The notes beneath the pieces were generated by a model. It ran no database searches and was not told the origin of the DNA. It worked only from the letters and a program-made list of their open reading frames with translations. The position numbers and the translations under genes were made by a program. From positions 605,221-669,220 of the forward strand of contig OZ253457.1 in the NCBI GenBank assembly GCA_965261285.1: a stretch of 64,000 nt of DNA. Reading direction: 5' to 3'. This document shows, one piece after another, positions 58,385 to 64,000 of the stretch (within the stretch, counting starts at the first letter, position 1; every line of letters starts with the position of its first letter). Source of the DNA: Vicinamibacterales bacterium (lineage in GTDB: Bacteria > Acidobacteriota > Vicinamibacteria > Vicinamibacterales > UBA8438).

Positions 58385-59266
58385 CTAGGGCCCGGGCGCG
58401 TCGACGAGGCGGCCGCCGGTGACGAACCGCCGGTAGTTCGAGAACTGCTGCGTGCGGAAGTACCGGGGAATGAACGCTCCGCCCTCGATGGCCCAGTTGC
58501 GCTCGATCGACCGGGGGAGCATCAACGTCTCGTCGGGATCCTCGAACGCGACGCGCTCGTAGCGGGTGCTGGTGTCGTCCCGCTGCAGCCGGCTCCAGCG
58601 CCGGCTGCCCCGCGGGCGGTCGATCGGCTCGCGGAACTCGAACGGCCGGGTCAGGTGCTCGTCGAGGCGCAGCACGTCGCCCGAGCCCACGTCCACCCAG
58701 GCGTCGCCGCCGTACCAGCCCTCGAGATCGATGTGGGCGCAGTCGCCGTCCCACTCGACCTCGCCCGGCTGCGCGTCGATCGGCGTGAAGGACAGCCTCG
58801 CGACGGGACGCCCGTCGACGACCTCCATGTCGCGCAGACGGAAGTCGAACTCGACCTGCCGGGCGGGCAGCAGCACCGACAGCGGGTCGTCGCCCTCCGC
58901 TTCGGGGACCAGGCAGGCGTTCTCGTCCTCGGGACCGGGGGGGCGGCCGTTCACCGATCGGAGCTCGCGCATGACCCGCACCGACGGCACGCCGTCGGCG
59001 CCAGTAGCGTCCCACTCGACGCGCTGCTCGTACTCGAGCCGCCGCGGCCGGCCGCGCGGCCGCATGCCCCGGTCGAAGGAGCGCACCCAGACCGTCTCGG
59101 TCGACACGATGCTCTGCGCACGCTGGAAGTAGCGCTCGAGCCGGCCGCCGACCCGCCCCAGCAGCGCGTCGAGGTCGACCGCGGGCGTCTGGGCGGACAG
59201 CGCCACGGAGGCCAGCAGGAGCCCGGCCCACAGGAGGGCCGGCGGGGGCCGATGCGCGAACGTCAC
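58385..59266 (-). CDS. Secreted hypothetical protein (island target gene, start uncertain)
   Basis: Signal-peptide-like LLWAGLLLASVALSAQ. C-terminus FSNYRRF. Confidence 0.75.
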   Translation of the reverse strand: MTFAHRPPPALLWAGLLLASVALSAQTPAVDLDALLGRVGGRLERYFQRAQSIVSTETVWVRSFDRGMRPRGRPRRLEYEQRVEWDATGADGVPSVRVMRELRSVNGRPPGPEDENACLVPEAEGDDPLSVLLPARQVEFDFRLRDMEVVDGRPVARLSFTPIDAQPGEVEWDGDCAHIDLEGWYGGDAWVDVGSGDVLRLDEHLTRPFEFREPIDRPRGSRRWSRLQRDDTSTRYERVAFEDPDETLMLPRSIERNWAIEGGAFIPRYFRTQQFSNYRRFVTGGRLVDAPGP

Positions 59267-59522
59267 GACGGTGATCGTGCGCCCGAAACGGCCCGGCGTC
59301 AATGACTCCGGGCGCTTCGGTTCAGGTGACCCGGCCGGCGCCGGCCACCGCGTTCGAGTCGCGAGGCGAGAACTGAGCTCGGTGGACGATTGCCCTCGTC
59401 GACTCCACCGCGACCTCGGAGGGTTCCGGCGAACCAGAACCCGGGGCGGCAGTCCGTGAGTCCGACACGGAATCGTCACCGAGGAAAGCGATGGGTTGCG
59501 AGGGGGAAGCGCTGACCTGTTC

Positions 59523-59636
59523 TCCGGTCACGTCCAGAATATCGAGTTGAAGACGATGGTGCGTGTGGCCGACGTGCTGGACTCCGACCTCGAGCTCCTG
59601 ATCAAGCCGCGACCCTCTCTGCGCTCCGGCGCGTGA
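59523..59636 (+). pseudogene. C-terminal remnant of an XRE/HigA-like antitoxin
   Basis: SGHVQNIELKTMVRVADVLDSDLELLIKPR..* with no upstream HTH start. Confidence 0.5.
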
Positions 59637-60316
59637 ACGTGCGCGGACTCTGGCTGCCGTCCTGGCACCTGCGACCTGCCGCCGCGGGGCGGAAGGCGGC
59701 GGCGATCGGCTTCGAGTCCGGCGGTGGGGCTGGGGGGTGGCCGGCGCGTCCGCCACGGCGCTCCAGCCAACCTCGGCACCTGTTGACCACGCTTCCCGCA
59801 CGGGCTGAGGGCGGACGGCGCGTGCCGCCCCTTCGACAGGGGCCGCGGTGGTTCCCTGGGGCCCGGCCGCCCGGGCGTCCCGGCCGGCGTACAATGGCGT
59901 GGCGGCGAGGACGTGGCCGCGGGACAGCCGCCTCGCCCGGAGCCGAGCCCGGACGGGGGAACGGACGGCCCGGGTGCTCGCCGGGTACTCTACGGGGACC
60001 GCCACCGATCGCGACCGAATCGCGGCCCCCCGGCAAGCGCGACCGTCTCTGGTTCGGCGGACTTGGCCGCCGTCCTCGACCAGCTCGCAATCGACGGCGC
60101 ACGGCGAGTTCTCCGACGCCTGGAAGCCACCAGCCCCGTAGGTGGCACCAAAGGCCTCGACGTCGCACGTGCCGCTCCGGTCTGCCGGGGTCGGTGGCGC
60201 TGGCCCACCCCGGCGACGGGAGTGCTTGGGTCGGGGCGCCCATGAATCCGTTCCAAACGTGCAGGTACAAGGTCGTCGCCAAGTATAGTACAATTTCCGC
60301 CACAGCGAGCTACGAG

Positions 60317-60852
60317 ATGCCTACTAGAGGGTCGCCGACTTCAACAAGCCGCGACGACAGTCAAATCGATGATGCGCTTTCAACATTGGCAGGCCCCGTC
60401 GACGACTTGGACGACGCCCTTGCGGATCGTCTGAAACGGTCTGACAGCCGAGAAATCGTCCAAGGGATAACTGCCGCCATTTGCATAGAGGAACTGACGC
60501 GTGCGACAGTCACCAAGACTAAAATGGATGCCGGGATTCGGAGTGCCATAGACGCAGAGCGTGTTCGTGGTGACTGGCAGGTTCTCTGCCGACACTACGC
60601 AGGAGGAAAGCACGCGAGAATCCTCGATCATGGCGTTAGGCAGCTCGCGAAATTGAACCCAGAGCAGGCTGACGAGGTTATCTACGCGATCAGGCGTGGC
60701 TGCTGTTCGGCATTTCAAGTGGAACCGGCCGGCTTGAACCGGCAGCAAAGCTCCTGTTGCCGTTCTTCTTGGTTGGTGGCGCCATAGCGGCGTGGCTTCT
60801 CGGTCGGATATTCAGGGAGGGGGAGGAGGACGACAAGGCCGATGACGAGTAA
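60317..60852 (+). pseudogene. Lower-GC hypothetical gene, probably frameshifted, with C-terminal TM helix
   Basis: ORF 60317-60787. Alternate frame from ~60690 gives KLLLPFFLVGGAIAAWLLGRIFREGEEDDKADDE*. Confidence 0.4.
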
Positions 60853-61081
60853 ACCGGGTCTCTCTCGGCGATACTGACATCCTCTGCACTCGCGAAATGA
60901 CCTTGCGGGCACTCGATCCATGACGAAGCCCAGCGTCTACGTGGAAACCTCAGTCGTGAGCTACCTTCACAGCGCGCCCGTCGCGTGATCTCATTATTGC
61001 GGCGCAGCAGGCCATGACGCGGGAATGGTGGCGCGATGCGCCGGAGCGGTTTGTTCTTGTAGCTTCCGAGCTCGTGCTAAC

Positions 61082-63160
61082 CCAAGTTTAACAACTTGAC
61101 CCGCCATTCCGCGGATTTCGGGCGTATTTTGGGCAATGCCTGTCTGTAAGTTGTTGATTCTAAAGAATCGGGGTTCGGGGAAACTGAATGTAGTGCCATA
61201 ATTTGGTAATCAAGGTTGAAATAGGTGCCGCGACCGCGTATCGTGGCCCCATGTTCGTCCGGCGCACCCAAACCCGACGCACCGGGGCCGGAAAGCCCTA
61301 CTTCTCCCATCGACTCGTCCACGCAGAGCGCATCGGAAACACCGTCCGCCAGCGCACCCTCCTCAACCTCGGCCGCCACTTCGATATCCCCAACACGGAA
61401 TGGCCGCGGTTGTGCGCACGCGTCGAGGACATCCTGAACGGCCAGGCGCAGGTTCTCGCCGATGGCCCGCCCGACGTCGAGGAGGAAGCCCAGCGCATCG
61501 CCGCCCAGTTGCTCGCCCGCGGGGCGGGCGGGCCGTCCAACCGCCCGGCGGACGTGCAGCCGGTCGACGTGAGTTCGTTGCGCTTGGTTCGCCCCCGCAG
61601 CGTCGGCGTGGAGCAGGTCGGCCTGTGGGCGTTGGAGAAACTGGGCCTGCCGGCCCTGCTCGCCGACCTCGGCGTCAACGGCGCGTTGCGCGCCGCGGCC
61701 GCCGGCGCCATCATCGGGCGCCTGGCCCAGCCGGCCTCCGAGCGGGCGACGCACCGCTGGTTGCAGCACCGCAGCGGTCTCGGCGAGTTGCTCGGCACCG
61801 ACTTCGAGACCACCAGCGCGATGCAGCTCTACCGCGCCTCGGACGCCTTGGTGAAGCATCGCCAGGCGATCGAGGAGCGCCTGTTCGACCGGGCGATGGG
61901 GCTGTTCGACCTGCAGCCGACGGTGACCCTCTACGACCTGACCAACACGTACTTCGAAGGCGAGGCGGGCCAGCAGCCGCAGGCGCAGCGCGGGCACTCG
62001 AAGGAGAAGCGCACCGACTGCCCCTTGCTGACCCTGGGCTTGGTGCTCGACGCCAGCGGCTTCGTGCGCCGCTCGCAGGTCTTCGCCGGCAACGTCAGGG
62101 AACAACAAACGCTGGCCGGCATGCTCGGGGCGCTTCAGGCGCCCCAGGACGCCCTCGTGGTGATGGACCGCGGCGTCGCCACCGAGGCCTGCGTGACGTG
62201 GCTGCGCGACAACGGCTACCGCTACCTCGTCGTCAGCCGGGAACGCCACCGGCAGTTCGACGCCGAGGCCGCCGTGTCGGTCCGCACGCGGTCCGACCAG
62301 ACCGTGCATCTGCACAAGACGGTCTCGACCGACCCCGACGAAGTGCGGCTGTACTGCTTCTCGGAGGAGCGCGCCAACAAGGAACGGGCCATCGTCGACC
62401 GTTTCGGCACGCGCTTCGAGGCCGCCCTCGCCAAGCTCAACGACGGACTCTCGCGACCGCGCGCCCACAAGCGCCTCGACCAGGTCTGGCAGCGCATCGG
62501 GCGCCTGAAGTCCCGGCACACCCGCGTCGCCGCCCACTACCAGATCGACGTCACCGCCGACGAGACCGGCGAGCGGGCCGCCGCCGTCACCTGGACCCGC
62601 CGCCCCAAGGACGGCTCGATGCTCACCCATCCGGGCATCTACTGCCTGCGCAGCAGCGAGACCGACTGGGACGAAGAGACCCTGTGGCGCACCTACACGA
62701 CGCTCACCGACGTGGAAGCGGTCTTCCGCTCTCTCAAGTCCGAGCTCGGCCTGCGCCCCATCCACCATCACAAGCCCCGGCGGGCCGAAGGCCACCTGTT
62801 CATCACCGTCGTCGCCTATCAGCTCGCCCAGGTCATCCGCACCCGGCTGCGCACTCATGGTGAGCACGCCAGTTGGAGCACGCTACGCCGCATCCTGGAG
62901 GGCCAGCAGCGCGTCACCGCGACGTTCCGGCGTCCCGACGGGCGCACGCTGCACGTCCGCACGGCCACCCAACCCGAGCCCGAACAGCGGGCCATCTACG
63001 ACGCGCTCGGCGTCGACTCGCATCCGGGAGGCGTCCGCAAGACGACCATCTGAGGGTCCCCCTTCACGACTTTGCGCACGTTTGTAGTGCCACTCCAGTA
63101 TTTTCGTCAGCGTAAACTGCTGATTCTGCAATAGCTTAGTGAAAGGGCTGTTAAACTTGG
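61082..63160 (+). mobile_element. Complete IS1634-family insertion sequence
   Basis: Terminal inverted repeats CCAAGTTTAACA / TGTTAAACTTGG. 6-bp target duplication GCTAAC at 61076-61081 and 63161-63166. Confidence 0.93.
61251..63053 (+). CDS. IS1634-family DDE transposase
   Basis: RQRTLLNLG, LYDLTNTYFEG, GHSKEKR.DC, VVMDRG, VEAVFRSLKSELGLRPIHH. Confidence 0.93.
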   Translation: MFVRRTQTRRTGAGKPYFSHRLVHAERIGNTVRQRTLLNLGRHFDIPNTEWPRLCARVEDILNGQAQVLADGPPDVEEEAQRIAAQLLARGAGGPSNRPADVQPVDVSSLRLVRPRSVGVEQVGLWALEKLGLPALLADLGVNGALRAAAAGAIIGRLAQPASERATHRWLQHRSGLGELLGTDFETTSAMQLYRASDALVKHRQAIEERLFDRAMGLFDLQPTVTLYDLTNTYFEGEAGQQPQAQRGHSKEKRTDCPLLTLGLVLDASGFVRRSQVFAGNVREQQTLAGMLGALQAPQDALVVMDRGVATEACVTWLRDNGYRYLVVSRERHRQFDAEAAVSVRTRSDQTVHLHKTVSTDPDEVRLYCFSEERANKERAIVDRFGTRFEAALAKLNDGLSRPRAHKRLDQVWQRIGRLKSRHTRVAAHYQIDVTADETGERAAAVTWTRRPKDGSMLTHPGIYCLRSSETDWDEETLWRTYTTLTDVEAVFRSLKSELGLRPIHHHKPRRAEGHLFITVVAYQLAQVIRTRLRTHGEHASWSTLRRILEGQQRVTATFRRPDGRTLHVRTATQPEPEQRAIYDALGVDSHPGGVRKTTI

Positions 63161-63486
63161 GCTAACAGAAGCTGCGGAGGGTGACACGGACGCCGCCCGC
63201 GCCCGCTTGACAGCGTTGGAGATGGTCACGCGTCTCGATACTACCGAGGACGCCGGGGCGCTGACAAAGCGGCTGCTGGCCCTCGGAGCGTTTCCCCGCG
63301 AGGCGACAGCGGATGCAACGCACGTAAGCGTGGCTGCGACGAACAGGGTCGACTACCTGCTGACGTGGAATCTCCGCCACATCGCGGGTGCCGCCGCGCG
63401 GTCGCGGATCGAGCGAGCGTGCCGCAAAGCTGGGTACGAGCCGCCGGTCATTTGCACGCCTAACGAACTCATGGAGGAGCACGACC

Positions 63487-63699
63487 ATGGAGACCAGGCA
63501 GACGGATCCGATCCTCGCTGAACTCCGGGCCATTCGGGAGGCGTACGCCGCGCGATTCGACTATGACGTTGAGGCGATGTTCAGGGACATTCGAGCCAGA
63601 CAGGAGGCCTCGGGGCGCGAATACGTGCGTCTGCGGGCGCACCGTACGGCTGGCGACAGAAGCCCCGAGACGTCGCCACGGATGAAAGCGAGTCGGTGA
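63487..63699 (+). CDS. Small protein downstream of the PIN gene, putative antitoxin
   Basis: GGAG RBS. DPILAELRAIREAYAARFDYDV..MF.DI...QE.SGR. Overlaps the PIN gene 3' end. Confidence 0.7.
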   Translation: METRQTDPILAELRAIREAYAARFDYDVEAMFRDIRARQEASGREYVRLRAHRTAGDRSPETSPRMKASR

Positions 63700-64000
63700 G
63701 CGACCAGTTGGGGGGCGGGCGGTGCGTCTTCCCCTTCGGCCGGCGGCCGGGTCAGCCCCTGTCCACCGGCGAGAGCCGCCGCCGACCAGTAACAGCGGGC
63801 GCAAGCGCGATCGCGCCGATCAGCGGCGGAGCCGGCATCGCGGCGGTGGCCGCCTGGCTCCCGGCCCGGCGCCGCGCGCGTCGCCCCCCCCCCCTGACCG
63901 TGCTCCAGAACGAGTGAGCTCGCAGGGTTCGCGTGCCGATCTCCGCCCCCGGTCGCCTGATCCTGCCCATCGCCCTTGCGCGTGCTCTCCCAAGTTCATA

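Larger units (their letters stand above)
60920..63521 (+). pseudogene. PIN-domain (VapC-like) toxin gene with a 1-nt frameshift, split by the IS1634-like element
   Basis: MTKPSVYVETSVVSYL / TARPSRDLIIAAQQAMTREWW...SELVL|TEAAEGD...DATHVSVAA...YLLTWNLRHIA...ICTPNEL. In frame across the IS once one TSD is removed. Confidence 0.88.

Overview
High-GC bacterial chromosomal DNA. The gene content (expanded PQQ beta-propellers, DUF1592/DUF1552, DUF1800/DUF1501, secreted ankyrin and LRR proteins) suggests an Acidobacteriota (Vicinamibacterales-like), possibly sponge-associated, genome; this is inference. The backbone encodes a 5'-truncated Pnkp RNA-repair enzyme, periplasmic redox modules (SoxC/SoxD-like, three PQQ proteins, a PaoABC/xanthine-dehydrogenase-like operon), a KamA radical SAM enzyme, an M20 amidohydrolase, PadR/HAAS and MmgE/PrpD-transporter genes. 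Toxin-antitoxin loci are dense, both intact and decayed. Two things stand out. (1) A lower-GC ~5.2 kb island (53147-58384) lies between two ~460 bp copies of a host gene 3' end. It carries an integrase remnant, a HigB/HigA/SecB-like toxin-antitoxin-chaperone triplet, a DUF3892-like gene and a frameshift-split protein with a coiled coil and a HicA-like C-terminus, so it is a candidate defence locus. (2) Short tandem duplications recur exactly at stop/start gene junctions. At 47216-47437 and 48410-48522 they form chains of overlapping mini-ORFs that would preserve translational coupling, and one copy differs from the parent gene end only by synonymous changes. A complete IS1634-like element with a 6-bp target duplication interrupts a PIN toxin gene near the right end. 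No rRNA, tRNA or CRISPR array was recognised. All family assignments come from motif recognition by eye, not database searches.
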